Shown here: positions 26,504 to 39,429 of the stretch, one piece after another
Numbering within the stretch: the first letter of the stretch is position 1
Layout of the letters: each line of letters opens with the position of its first letter
NCBI GenBank assembly: GCA_030704615.1
Contig: CM060731.1
Location: forward strand, 15,190,001-15,254,000
Length of the DNA stretch: 64,000 nt
From: Takakia lepidozioides
Lineage: Eukaryota > Plantae > Bryophyta
Direction: 5' to 3'
Notes under the pieces: model-generated
Told to the model about the DNA's origin: nothing
What the model saw: the letters and a program-made list of their open reading frames with translations, nothing else
Databases searched by the model: none
Made by a program: the position numbers and the translations under genes

Positions 26504-29035
26504 TCATGTATGCGGATCAGTATGATTAACCACCCCATGAAGCCTGAACTCCTTCACTGCTGCGGGAGTCAAAGCAGGGTGCATCCTGACAAGGCAGACG
26601 GCCTCAAAAAGGCGGGTCTGCACACAAGACAACATGAAGCACATATGAGTGAATGCCAAGAAAAACATCTGAAAAGAACAGTGCTTCAACCCTCCAAAAT
26701 TGAGTACGTTGACGCACTCATTTTCCGGTTGGGTGAACTTGAACTTGAAATGAAGCAGGCAAGAGAAGGTCCATTACCATTTGCCCCAGACAGTCACCCT
26801 TTGTCAAGTACAGGCTATTCACACCATTCCACGTTTTGATGAACTTCATCCCCGAGGAGCTCCCGTTGACATTTCGTAGTGATGGACTGGATCATTACAA
26901 AAACCCCTGCATTCATTAAAAAAAAATTGCAAAATGAAAAGACCCACCGCCAATACCTCTCGTCAAATGCATTCCATGTTGGGCAAGTACCAGTGGGGAG
27001 AATGTCCGGTACAGTGGCTGCCCATCTGGAATGTCCACAATCACCATGTCTGCACCATACGGTTTCTGAGCACCATTCACCCAACACTGCCCCTTCGAAA
27101 CCTGAAAACAGATAGAAGGCAAAAATTAAATCACTATCCAAAATGGAAAACATTAACAACAACAAACAAGGGAAATTGGCTTACCAACTCAAGAAATTCA
27201 CACAGTTTGGCCCAAGTTCGAGAGGGTTCTCCAGTGTAACCAGATCTCCTGCTCTCTATCATGTCAAGGAATGAATCGTTCACAAGCTCGCATTTACATT
27301 CTCGGAGGATTCTGGATGGGTGCTCCACTGCGTCATATGGCTCAAACTTCCCTTGCGTTTTCGTTCCTTGTTTGCAATTGGGGTCTGCGCTGCCTCATCC
27401 CCTGCAGTCTCCCCTTGGGTGGCCATCTCCTTCCCTTTGTCCTTTGTACCCTTTCCCTTTCCCTTCCCTCTCGCAAGAGTTTTGTTGGTTGCGGGTTCTT
27501 TCTCAGCGAGGTTCCGCAGATTTCTTTCATGCAATTCCTTGTCTGTTAGAGGGGCCAACGACTCCGCATTGTCAAGATACCAGCAACAGTAGTCCTTCAG
27601 GTGATATCTCCCGTAGTCTCCAAGGATGGCTGCCATGAAGGCAGGGTACTTACTGAGGTTTTTCCCTGGAATGAGCACGTTCTTGATATACCTACAAAAC
27701 AAAGGAGGTACACCTTTAGACCGTGGAGGCAAAACAATATGGAGTCTGGCCCTCCCAAAATGCGTGCGTCGACGCACACAGTTTGGGGGTGCAAACCACA
27801 TGACCATGAGGCAACCGAAATCCAGTGCTACCCCCACAAGCAACACAAGCAAATAAGAAAAACATAGGGTTGCATATGCATTAAGATATCCCATTCGTGT
27901 GTTAGATTGTCCTTGATGTTTGAGAACACCCTGACAGGCAGCAAGAACAGCCATCGAAGCAATGAAATCCATGATGGAGGGGAAAACACACATGAGTTGT
28001 GGCCCTCTAAAATTGCGTGCGTTGGTGCACGCAGTTTGGAGGGCCACAAACTGCATGTCTACTGAATGCCAAAGATAAATTTCAAAAAAATGAATTCACT
28101 AACATATACAAGACCCTCTTTATGGCTCCCTCTGCTCCGAACTGCTAGTCAAAGTCATTTGTGCGGGATATGCCTCCATCTCGGGAAAACTCTCTGAAGA
28201 AGCAGTTGCTCCACGCAGTGGCCTTCCACTGTCTCAAGTAATCCTCCAGAGTGTCCTCGGGCATTGTCATCGTTATTTTGTAATCATGACGTTTTTTCTC
28301 CAGCACCCTGTTTGCACGAGCTTCAATCTGTCGGGAGACATATGCCTGGGTTAGAGTCCATGTCTGGGAAGATATTTCTAAAATTTCAAGCAAAGAAAGT
28401 CCTAAATAATACCTGGCTCCAGTAGGTGACTTTGTGCAGCCATGTATCAAAAACTTGGTCGCTGAAGGGTTTGATGTGCCCAGTGTTCTCATCTCTTTCC
28501 CCCCTAGGGAAGCAGTATGTATCCTTGACAGTTGAGTCGGAATTCCAAATCTCCAACCATTTCACTTTCTGGTCTGTGTCCACCGCTATAGTTAACAACC
28601 GGTGCAGCTTCTCCTGTGTCATTTCCGGTTTGGTGTTATTGTTCCAGTGGATCCTCACCTGGTTTAGGAACTCGTGACCAAAATCAGGGTTAGCTATTCT
28701 CAGCTGCTTCACGAAAGCGCTCATGAGCTTCTTCCGGGTCTCATTCATCTGCAATTTCATGGCTTCTGCCACTCCCTTGGACATTCTCATACCCTCCAGG
28801 TTTTTCAAATAGTACTCTGCTTTTCCTCTCTCTCCAGCTTCAGCTATTTCTTGCTGCAAAACGTAAATCGGAATGAGATCACATATTACTTACAATTGCA
28901 ACAGACAATGGAAGGCCCAAGTGGTGGAATACTTACCGTGTACATGTACTCCATGAATGCTTCCCTCGTCAGCTTGTACCAGGTGTCTGACATTTTGGAT
29001 GTCAAGCATTTCTTGAAGGACTCCGCACTTAGGAT
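26504..29035 (-). pseudogene. Transposon-associated beta-class amino-MTase-like gene, copy 1 (multi-exon, C-terminus missing)
   Basis: Homologous to 48429-51230: HLKDYC.WYLDNAESLAPL, HPSR..GYTGEPSRTW, ADMVIVDIPDG, KTWNGVNSLYLTKGDC, TRLFEAVCLVR; shared intron positions. Confidence 0.7.
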
Positions 29036-29250
29036 CACTACAGCAAATGGGGGGGTTTTGCGATGCCAGCCACGCCCCACGCCCTGCGCGGCGCCGAGCA
29101 TGCAACGCCAACCTCGCGACGCCTTTTTGCGATGCCCGGCCGTCGCAAACAGACACCGCGGGTCGCCACCTGGCGTCGGGGCCATGCGGCGACGCCCGGC
29201 CGTCGCACGGGCGGATGAAGGGCAGGAGGCAGCCCTTCCGTGCGTAGGCC
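29036..29250 (-). mobile_element. CACTA terminus belonging to the 18.3-20.2 kb remnant
   Basis: CACTACAGCAAATGGGG at 29036 followed by the same GCGACG/CGTCGC repeats. Confidence 0.75.
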
Positions 29251-32200
29251 TGGTGGTTATAACAATGGCATGGAAGGGAGAGGTAATTCAAGAGGGAATT
29301 ACCAAAGAAATTCCAGAGGCAACTATCAGGGTAATCCAAGGGGGAATTACCACCCAGGGAATCAGGATTACAGAAATAATCCAAGAGCAGACCAAGGGCG
29401 AGGACCCAATGGTGAAGAACTGTGTTACTATTGTAATCAGCCAGGACATCGCAAGGCAGCCTGTTCATTCTGGATTAGACACCAGAATGAGATGAGAGCT
29501 CCTGTGAATGAGGGCCAGTGGTGGCAGCTCACATGGCTAGGCCATGTGTTGTACCAGAAGTAAGTACAATGATAGTAACAAGAAGCAAAGCCAAACCAAT
29601 ACCTCCAGTAGTTGAGGAAGATGATGATAATGGAAATGGCAGTGATATGCCTAAAGATGATGAGGCTTGGAGAGATGAGAAGGAACTGCACAAGGAAGTG
29701 GCAGATACCATAAGGGAAATGCAAAAGAATACTGATATTCCTGTGGCAGATTCCTCTGATTCTGATGGAGAAGAAGAAGTGAGTGAGGATGAAAGGAAGA
29801 AAGAAGTTGCAGACATGCAAAGTAATAAAGGGACTTTGGCTGAAGTAATATGCCAGACCAAAGCAGAGATTACCATTGGACAGCTATTGGCTGTGGCACC
29901 TTATTGTAGACACAGGCTGTATCAAGCAATCAATCGAATTGCCCAGGAGACAGGAAACACAGACCCTGAACAACAAGGTGACCAGTTATAATGTGAAGCC
30001 GGAAGGGCGAGAAACAGTCATGGACTTTGATGATTCTATGCCAGTAATCCAATTGAGAATTGGAAGCACATAACTAACTGATGTACTGATAGATGGAGGC
30101 TCTGGAGTAAATATCATGACAGACCAATTAAGGAAGAAGCTTGGTCTAAGTAACATGAAACCAGCCCCATTTACAGTAACAATGGCAGATCAAAGAAGTG
30201 TACAGCCATTGGGATTGATAAGAGGAGTTAAGATACAGATACAGAAGATGATCTTTATTATCACAGTAACTGTGTTGAAGATGAAGTCATAAAAGTAAAA
30301 AAATGGAGGCTTACTCTCCTTATATTATTGGGACGTCCGTGGCTGAAACAGGCTAGGTATTTCATGACTGGAATTCTCAGTTACTAACTGTGCATAATGG
30401 ATGCACGAGATACAAATTAACCACTAAGAAATCTAGTAGATTTACCTGCTACGAGAAGAAACCTCGAGGGGTCAGAGATTATGATTGGAGGGGAGGACTG
30501 GATGAGGAGCAGGAAGCTACCCCTGTTCGCTGCCACCCAGAGTGGGAGCAGGTTGCAGAGATGCGGCTGGAAGGCCTAAGTTGTTTAAAGAGTTCTGCGT
30601 GGTGGGTAGTGACAGCAACCCCAATTGAAAGAGAACCAGCAGTTACCTATCACATTTCTATGAAGAAAGAGAAGGAGAAATGGAAATCCTAGAGGAACCA
30701 ACCGCCCTGTGAGTTTACATGATGAAGTGGGTGACTGGTTGGACAATCACAGCTGATGAGCAGGTGAGGGAAGTGAATGTGGGAACTGAAGAGGAACCGA
30801 GGATGGTGAAGGTAGGAGCTGATTTGGAGCCAGAATTCTTTGAAGAAGCTAAGAGTTGTTCATCAAATACAGAGATGTATTTGCTTGGAGCTATGAGGAT
30901 CTAAAAGGTATACCCCCTGAGATCTGTCACATAAGATTGAACTGGAACCGGTCAGTACCAATCAAGCAGGCGAGGTACAGAATGAATCCCAACTATGCAC
31001 AGAAGGTTGGAGAAGAGATCAAGAAGTTGGCTGAGGCTAAGTTTATATACCCAATAGAGTATACAACTTGGTTGTCACCCATTGTGATAGTTCCCAGAAG
31101 AATGGTACTAAGAGTTTTGTGTGAACTATAAGAAGTTGANNNNNNNNNNNNNNNNNNNNNNNNNNNNNNNNNNNNNNNNNNNNNNNNNNNNNNNNNNNNN
31201 NNNNNNNNNNNNNNNNNNNNNNNNNNNNNNNNNNNNNNNNNNNNNNNNNNNNNNNNNNNNNNNNNNNNNNNNNNNNNNNNNNNNNNNNNNNNNNNNNNNN
31301 NNNNNNNNNNNNNNNNNNNNNNNNNNNNNNNNNNNNNNNNNNNNNNNNNNNNNNNNNNNNNNNNNNNNNNNNNNNNNNNNNNNNNNNNNNNNNNNNNNNN
31401 NNNNNNNNNNNNNNNNNNNNNNNNNNNNNNNNNNNNNNNNNNNNNNNNNNNNNNNNNNNNNNNNNNNNNNNNNNNNNNNNNNNNNNNNNNNNNNNNNNNN
31501 NNNNNNNNNNNNNNNNNNNNNNNNNNNNNNNNNNNNNNNNNNNNNNNNNNNNNNNNNNNNNNNNNNNNNNNNNNNNNNNNNNNNNNNNNNNNNNNNNNNN
31601 NNNNNNNNNNNNNNNNNNNNNNNNNNNNNNNNNNNNNNNGCCAACACAGCCCGTCACAGTCCGACACCAGCCGACACAGCCGCCACAGCCAGACACAACC
31701 GTCACAGCCAATCATAGCCGACACCGTCGTCACAGCCAATCACAGTCTGACACAGCCCGTCACAGCTCGACAAAGCCGCCACAGCTTCGCACAGCCCTAC
31801 ATAGCCCGACACAGCCAGTCACAGTCTGCCACAACCTTACACAGCCAGTCACAGCTTCGCACAGCTGGGGAACAGTTATCAATGGCAGGGAACGACTGTG
31901 AGGGAACGACATCTGCAAAAGGAACGTGTACTACAGGGATGACGGTTAGTTAGGAAAGCGGTTAGAACAGTTTGTAGGGGAAAAAGTCAAGAACGGGACT
32001 TCTGGGGGATCACTTCTGGAAGGACTTCGGGGGGGGGGGAGAGATCACTACTTGGAAATGAAGCGGAGAGCGCATCTCTGAGTAGAAAGAGGGAGAGCAC
32101 GGAGTAGGAGGAGAACGATCTGTTGATACTTGTTGAATGCAAGAAGTAGAGTTGTAATGTAGAGCAGAATAGAGACACCATGGCTTCAGCCTGATACTTG

Positions 32201-32519
32201 ATAGATATTAATCTGATACATACTTCATACTCACATTGTGTAGAGAGACCTGAGTGAAGTTGTGGAATGAATGGATGGAACTTGATAGATTTTTGAAGCA
32301 AACTGATACTTAATTGCAGATAGTAAGGTAACTCGCTAACATGAATGCGGGAAGGAGTACAAATAGGAAACACCCCCATGATACACTAGCTGTAGGTCAT
32401 GACTGATTGTTCTGAGCGGGCTGAGTGCTGGGCCTGAGTGCTTAGAGATTTCCAACTCTTCTATCTTGGAGTTCCCACCTCGGATAGCGAAGGGATGGGT
32501 GAGTAAAAGCCGCGCGACA
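29247..32519 (+). mobile_element. Ty3/Gypsy element B, 3' half: gag tail, protease, start of RT, gap, 3' LTR
   Basis: CYYCNQPGHRKAAC; VLIDGGSGVNIM; YRDVFAWSYEDLKGIPPEIC..WLSPIVIVP; LTR ends GCGACA at 32519 followed by TGTAC (reverse complement of GTACA). Confidence 0.88.
31140..31639. other. Assembly gap (500 N)
   Basis: Run of N. Confidence 1.
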
Positions 32520-32524
32520 TGTAC

Positions 32525-33580
32525 TCCCCACTCTGCATTGCTCAGCTATAGCTAAGCTGATAATCCAGGTCAAGCAATTGAAATCCATTGCTTGCCCCAA
32601 CACCCGACGACGTGATGCCTCAGAAAGAGACGACGCCGCCGTGGTACCAGTGGTAAACCCCATTGCCCGCTCACGCTCGTCAGCATTAGGCTCCACTAAC
32701 TGCTACAACTGAGCATCCCACAGGAGGCCAGGTCCACTATCCCGGAAAGCATGCGATCCTGGGAAGCTGAGCAAAGTAGGTAATGTTGCTCGTGGTTGAC
32801 CCACCTTGTTGACCAATGTCAAAGGCGAACGGTCATCGTGTCTCACACGCTGAGCCTGCCTCCCTGTGTCCAAAATACTATCCACTGTGAGGTGTGCTGG
32901 CCGCTGCACCCCATCAAATGCACGCTTGAGCAGTGCGGGTGGCATCAAGTTAGTCCACCATAACCGTGGACGATGAGTTCGTGACCCCACTGCAGCTGCA
33001 TCTAGCAACAGTGCTGACCCAAGCCACGACCGGACTTGATGCACACTGGCCATCACCCTGGACCAAGAATTGCCCATTAGTGGCACATTCTCCAAGATGT
33101 ATGCTGGAGATACAGCTTGATGAAGCTGTAAGTGGCGCAAAACCCGCACCATCTCCCAAAACAGACCCGACCTTGAGTCTCACAATCTATTGCCATGCCC
33201 GGCTGATGAATGCCCTTGGCAGGGCCAACCTGCCACTACCAGATCAATGGAGCCAACCCGCACCAAATCCTGCGCCCCCAGCAGCAAAATGTCTGCTGGT
33301 AAGGCCTGCTAGCAGCTGACACTGACGACGTGAAGTTCTTCCAGCAAACCCCAACCCTAATTATTACAGTAGTTCTAATTCTAAATTGCCTCCACGAACT
33401 GCAGACACCGGCAATAACTCAGGGTACTGCTGCACCAACTGAGCAACATGGCGTAGGGAGACGCGTCATGCAATCTCATCCCTCTCCACATATAAGTACC
33501 GCCGTGCTCGTACACCTGCTTGTAGAACAGCAGCCAACCCGGTGCTGATCTCGCCAAACAAGTCCAGAAGGCAAATGCCT
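32525..33580 (-). pseudogene. Retrotransposon-encoded C5 cytosine DNA methyltransferase domain (DNMT3-like)
   Basis: Motif I LLDLFGEIST; IV IDLVVAGWPCQG; V DSRSGLFWE; VI YILENV; VIII HRPRLWWTNL; IX EPNADERERAMGF; X RRRVLGQAMD; several stops. Confidence 0.92.
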
Positions 33581-33627
33581 TCATCCGGATACTGCAACAC
33601 GATCAGTGTGGTGTCCAATGGTGACAA

Positions 33628-34338
33628 CTAAGGTGGTCCTGGTGCAATCCCCGCACTGTCATCCTCTCCTGACGATACAAAAGCCTCTACCCAGGCTTGT
33701 TGCACACGACAATCAGCAACCCGCTGCAAATCCTTGCTCGAGCCCCACAATGGAGTGTGAGCAACCATGGCAGGCAACTCCGCCATACCATACATGTCAT
33801 CTTGCTCTCCCGGAGGAGACACATCCTCTGAATGAGTGTTGCTATTCAACAACTCTCCAGGCCAAGTCACTGCAGCTGTGAATGCTGCCAGTGTTGGCAT
33901 CTTGCCTCGCTGGGCAACCGTAACTCCTCCTATGAACGTCACAGGGAGCTGCACACGCCGGCCCTCCCCTGACTGCCATCCAGGCCTATAGGAAGCTGAC
34001 TCCTCCCAAAAATCCAGGGTGAATCCCATGGGGTACAACACTGCCCCACCAACAAGGACATCGTACGAGACCGTGTCTGTCACAATGGCCTTGGCTCTCA
34101 TCACTGAGCCATCTGTAGGATGATCCGGCTGTAGTCTGATAGCCAACTCACGCCGTGTCATGCCCCGAGCCTGCTCTGACCCTCCTAGAGATGTCTGTAT
34201 CTGGAAAGGGCACGGCTCCATATCCGCCTCCGTGAGGCCCAATCCTGCAACAGCAGCTCTGCCCAGCATCAATGGCTGAGCTCCCGAGTCCAACAAGACC
34301 CGCAATGGCCGGTACCTCTTGCCTGTCGGTCCACTCAA
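33628..34338 (-). pseudogene. Retropepsin protease of element A
   Basis: LRVLLDSGAQPLMLG..SYDVLVG. Confidence 0.85.
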
Positions 34339-35027
34339 ATAGAAAATGCCATCTGGTTGTCTAACATGACAACTCCAGGTGTCACCATGGCGCGCTCAAT
34401 GGCTGGCCTAGCTGATAGCTCCATCAACCTGGCAGCTGCAGCTTGCCATGGCGCCGCCGTGGCAGTCTTGATCCTCACATGTGAGGATCCCTCCGACACT
34501 ACACCTCCCACTATCTCCGCAGAAGATGAAGTAACCTCCCCACTCTCACAGAGTGTCGATGCCAGCCTAAACACCTCAGCTGGTCTTACCCCCGGCGTCA
34601 CAATCATGGTAGCCGAAAACAATGGAGCCTGGCACACAGATGTGGCCGCCCCCAGCAGCACACTAGCTGCCGTAGCCTTGGCAATACTAGGTAGTGGTGC
34701 TGCCTATGTAGCTCTCCCCAATGGTATGGTAACCTCCGCCTCGGTAACAGTCAGGCGGGAACTAGGTGCCATGGACGGCGTCGACACTGTCTCCGCCAAT
34801 GTGAATGACAAAGGAAGCCTGGACTGACGGCTTGCCTCCCCACGCTGTGGATCCAACTCCACATCAGCACCTTGTGGCTCAGGAACTCGTGCTGCTCCTC
34901 AAGTCACTGCCGCAGCTGACTCCACTTGCACTAGTGGTAGTCGTGCCCCACCCACAGTGGTAGTGGTAGTTGCACCCCTCACTAGTGGTACTGCTGCCCC
35001 ACACATGAATCCCATGCCTCCTAAGTC

Positions 35028-36535
35028 TCATCCCTTAGGAGCAGGAGGTGGACCATCCAGCCTTGGAGTCGGTACCACCTGAGCTGTGGCCATGGCAGCG
35101 AGCCTCTGCTCTAGCTGCTGAAACCGGTTGGCCATGCCTTGGTCACCACCCTGACCTTCTCGTCCTTGGCCATACTGAGCCTGCCCTTGGCCTGCACCTC
35201 GTGCCTGACCACCTCGTCCTCTCTGGGCTGCTCCACCTCGCCCCCGGCCACCATTGTTCCCTTGGAACTGGCCTGGGCGCAACTCAGGGTGCAAACCATA
35301 GCACTGGGCCTCTCCATGCCCGTACCTGCCACAATGCCCACACTGCACCTGTGCAAGCTGTGCCGGTGCCAAACCATTGCCTCCCTCTGGGCAATCCTTC
35401 TTGACATGGGGTCCTCTACATGTCCAGCACACCACATCCGCCCGTTGTTGGCCAGCAAATGAAGGGAGAGACCCCTGCATCTGAGGTCTTCTCTGCCCTT
35501 CCCAGGGCTTCACCTGAGCCCCCTTGCTGCCTTGAGCACGTTGAGGTCATGGCTGACTAGGAGCACCACTACCCCGTGGTGCCTCCTTAGCAAATCCCAC
35601 CATGACCACTCGTTCCTCCACCATGTTGAGCTCTATCCGCTCTGCCAGCAAAAACACATTTGCTAAGGTGGGTTGGGCCGCTTGTAGGAGAGTTGCATCC
35701 CGCACCCTTCTCCTCAGCTCCTTGTCCAATATCCCATACCAGAACTGGACTGCCTGAGCCTCCGTAACCCCTTGGATTACATTTATCAAGCGCCTCATGC
35801 GAGTGAAAGCCTCCCTCAAGCTCTCAGTAGGCTTCCTCTGGAACTCTTGCAAGCTCCTCAACTTCTCTATCCTCACCTCTTGGTAGTTCCTTCTCAACTC
35901 TTCAAAGAACTCCACAACAGGGTTGAAGGCAGGCACCGCCACTGGTGCTGGTGCAGCAGTTGCTTGGGTGGCCGTCGTAGTTGCTGTACCACTAGTCCCA
36001 CTACTGCTCGTGGAAGCTGCTGTTGTAGCTGTTGCTGCCAGTGTGGCTGCTGCCCTTGTGCCTCTAGTGCCTCTAGTGATGGAGACATAGTCGGGTGACC
36101 AGTACATCCTCTACTCCTCGATCTCAACATCGTGCCCCCGCCTAAACTCATGGTAATCGTCCATGGGCGGCCCCTCAAGGTGCTGAAACAGCCCCTTCTA
36201 TGCCATGAAAGGCGTAAACAGTTGTGGATTGCGCATTTGCTGCAAGTCACACCAACTATCAAACTCTTGGATAAATCATCTAACTCAATAGTGCCCACCG
36301 CCCCAGAGTACCTTCGTGGCTCCTTGGTGGCTCCATACATCTCCTCCATTGTGTCCCACAACAATGGCAAGGAAACAACTTGCACCGCCGGTGTGAGTCC
36401 TCTTGATTCACAATCCGAATCAAAACCTTCCGTAGAAGACACAGGAGGTGAAGGTGGCCTAAACCGCACATCTCGTCTCGTATACCTGCTAGTATCGCTA
36501 GTGCTCGTACCGGCACTTTCCCCAACAACTAGTAG
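35028..36535 (-). pseudogene. Gag of element A
   Basis: EFFEELRRNYQ..FQRKPTESLREAFTRMRRL; two zinc knuckles; RGG-rich tail. Confidence 0.82.
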
Positions 36536-38894
36536 CACCTCCGTGTTGACAAACTAGCACTCAAACGGTCATGAACCTGTCTCTAACCCCCTCTCCACAA
36601 GGTAACCGGGTAGAGAACCTGATGCGGCTTATGGTTTGGAATACTAGGTTCCTAACATAGCCCTGCACCTGCACCTGCAGGGAAGTAATCTCTTTTGTTA
36701 AAACGCAACAATGAGGCAATTCCGACTTTTCTGCCGGATCAGCTAGCTCAAAACCGTTGTTCTTCAGAGCCCAACCTCCCCATCAAGGTCCCACGAAACG
36801 AGTGAAAAAAGAATTTTTATTTTTATTTTTATTTCTATTTTTTCACTCTAACTGTTCGTGGCATTCCGTGGCTCCAACCGCCACTACTCCTCACGGCCCG
36901 CCCTAGGCGCTCGTTGGCCACGGGCTGCCCAGTGATACCCCGTGGTACCACTCCCACGAGCCTTCACGGCCCGCCATCCTCATGATCTGGTCACCGTGCC
37001 AACCCGTTGTGTCCGCACAACGGCTTCCAACGGTCACGGTCAACCATCACGATCTGGGCTCGTGGTATCTCGTGATACCGCCCCAACGGTCCATCACGGC
37101 CACTATTCCTTGCGTTCCTTGGAACTCCCAACGTGTTCCCATGCGTTCCCGATGCGTTCTCGACGTTCCCACGTGTTCCCGAGCTCTCCCCGAACTGGGG
37201 TTTGCTCCTGCATCTGCTGCCGCTGAGCTATGGCTTCTGCGGAGCCATCAGCCCCGTCGCCCTGCACTCCTGAGCTCTCACGGCCCCACTAGAAGTGCCC
37301 CCAACTCAACAAGCAAGCTATATGCTGCCCAACAAGCTCCATTTCTCCACGAAACTCACAAAAGTGAATCTGAAAATACACACCTTGATAAACTTGGTGT
37401 ACCTGCAGTTCTACTGCACATTCCCTGGCTCTAGAACGCCTCACTGCTGCCCTTCCAGCCCTGCTCTTGCCACTCCAAGAGCCCTCGCCGTGCTAGAGTT
37501 TCAGATTGAAACTTCCAACTCAAGCAATACTTCACAAGTGCACTGATTTGCACACAAGAGGGACCAGCCCCCTCTCTTCACTCATACCTCTTCATGAGCT
37601 TGGAGCTGCAGCTCCCAACAGGCTGCGATGCATCCCCTCGCAGCTCCGCCATTCGGCTGCTCCTCATCTACCCGCAACAACTCGTTTCGGGCAGATACCT
37701 GGAACTGATCATATCATCTCCAACCTACAACATGCTAACTTCCCATGCGCAGCCCACATTTCAGCAGCTCTATAACTCGGCATGCAGCTAAAGAAGACGA
37801 CCACCAGTTCGCCCACTCGTGGCCAGCATCTCCTCCGCTTCACACTAGAAGCCCAAACTTGGTTGCCATAGCATTGAGCTATGCAACGCCGCTCTTCAAC
37901 ATGGGCTACCCGCCTCTCTATCCCATGGCAAACCTGCAACCTGTTCGCCTTTGCACTCTATCCGCTTTGGATAGGCTCATGCACGGCTCCCTGCACTCTA
38001 GGCTGAACCGCTTCTCATGATCTGAAAACACAAGTGCTGCAACTAACTCGAACCTGGCACTCACAGACTCGAGCTGATCTTTCTTGAGTGATAGGGAAAG
38101 GAATAATACAAGCACACAAGCTCTCTCAAACTCACATACTTGCACATGAAAACATCACTCATATATTAAGTCGAGCCAAGTGCACCCCACGCCATGGGGA
38201 ATCCACACTACGGCGCCATAGCTAGACGCGGTGAGGCTCAACTCGAGAAAGATGAGCCCACCGCGATCTACCATGAAGATAACAACGTCAGGTGCCCAAA
38301 CATGTATTGGCCCCTGGATTGACACTTGGATCAATCCCAAATCTCAATATATAAAAGCTAGCTATTTCCTAGCTAATTTCACACCAGTGGTAAAATAACT
38401 TGACAATCGGTATATAACAAGGGATACATTGATAGTTGCATAGGAAGGCCAGTCGTCAGAGAGAAAAGAAATAAAATGGAAGGGGAGAACATCATGGCAT
38501 ATGCAATTACACATGTTCATCGTGGATCTAAGTAATCAAACAGCTTAACCCTAGCTTTGCCCACACTTTACAGTGTAGGGCAAGGTCATTCTCTGGTCAA
38601 TGAACAATCAGCTAACTAACTACAAAGGGGTTTTTGCCCCTTTCTTTTCACACTACACATCCATACACTGCTTGACACAAGTCATTCAAACATACCTTCA
38701 TCCTATGAGTAATTCTAAATAAAATATAATTGGAGCCTTTAACCTCTACCCTATATTCATTTAAATGCTCCCGCCTATATTTCTCATACCCTATATTACT
38801 TTGAAAAATGTTCTAATTTTTACTTGTAGAGAATAAATGGCACCCTATATTTTTAAATTTTTTGCACGTTATGTGGTAATTTTTGGAATTGGAC

Positions 38895-39400
38895 GCCCCA
38901 AGGTGAAAAGATTAAAAGCAACTGCAACTGAAACGATGTATTCCTCAATTAAAAAACTTGCATCATGTAATTATGCAAGCCTTAAATATAAGTTTCTATG
39001 GCAACATTATGAAGACATTAATCATGATCATAACCTTCAAATGTCTCACATCTTATGTCTTATAGAAACAAGAATACACCACTCATCAACTGATGTGCAC
39101 AAGTACATAAATTCATCAAAGTATTCATATGTTCAATCAATGACGGTCATGGATTAATGATGATGTATAAGATACACATGAACTTAAACTCTTTCAATAC
39201 AACAACCAGTAATGGCTCGCAATTCATAGCAGCCACATTCAATACCAATACATGAAAAGCAATACATATTGTATGTGTTTATAAAGCTCATTCATATACA
39301 GTTTCTACGTTCCTAATCAAACTTAAAGCTCGCCCAAACATTGTCCAATTATTATTTTGGGAGATTTTAATGTTGAGATTTTGGAAGACAATAACCATGC
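38895..39400 (+). mobile_element. Helentron/Helitron-like remnant: AP-endonuclease-type domain
   Basis: VKRLKATA..QHYEDINHDHNLQMSHILCLIETRI..IHIVCVYKAH..CPIIILGDFNVEIL (catalytic E and GDFN motifs of the EEP fold), frameshifted. Confidence 0.6.
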
Positions 39401-39429
39401 AAAAAACAAATAACAGGGTCAGACTCATA

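Larger units (their letters stand above)
32520..38400 (-). mobile_element. Ty3/Gypsy element A, 5' half: LTR/leader, gag, protease, C5 DNA methyltransferase
   Basis: gag 35028-36535 with CWTCRGPHVKKDC and CGHCGRYGHGEAQC; protease VLLDSGAQ; DNMT motifs; outer boundary approximate. Confidence 0.82.

Noticed and set aside
30993-31739. Long ORFs of 173-248 aa
   Set aside because: Artefacts of translating through the N gap
38190-38220. TGGCGCCG as PBS of element A
   Set aside because: No adjacent TG..CA LTR end and no clear match to the 3' LTR at 25608, so the 5' LTR boundary is left unresolved
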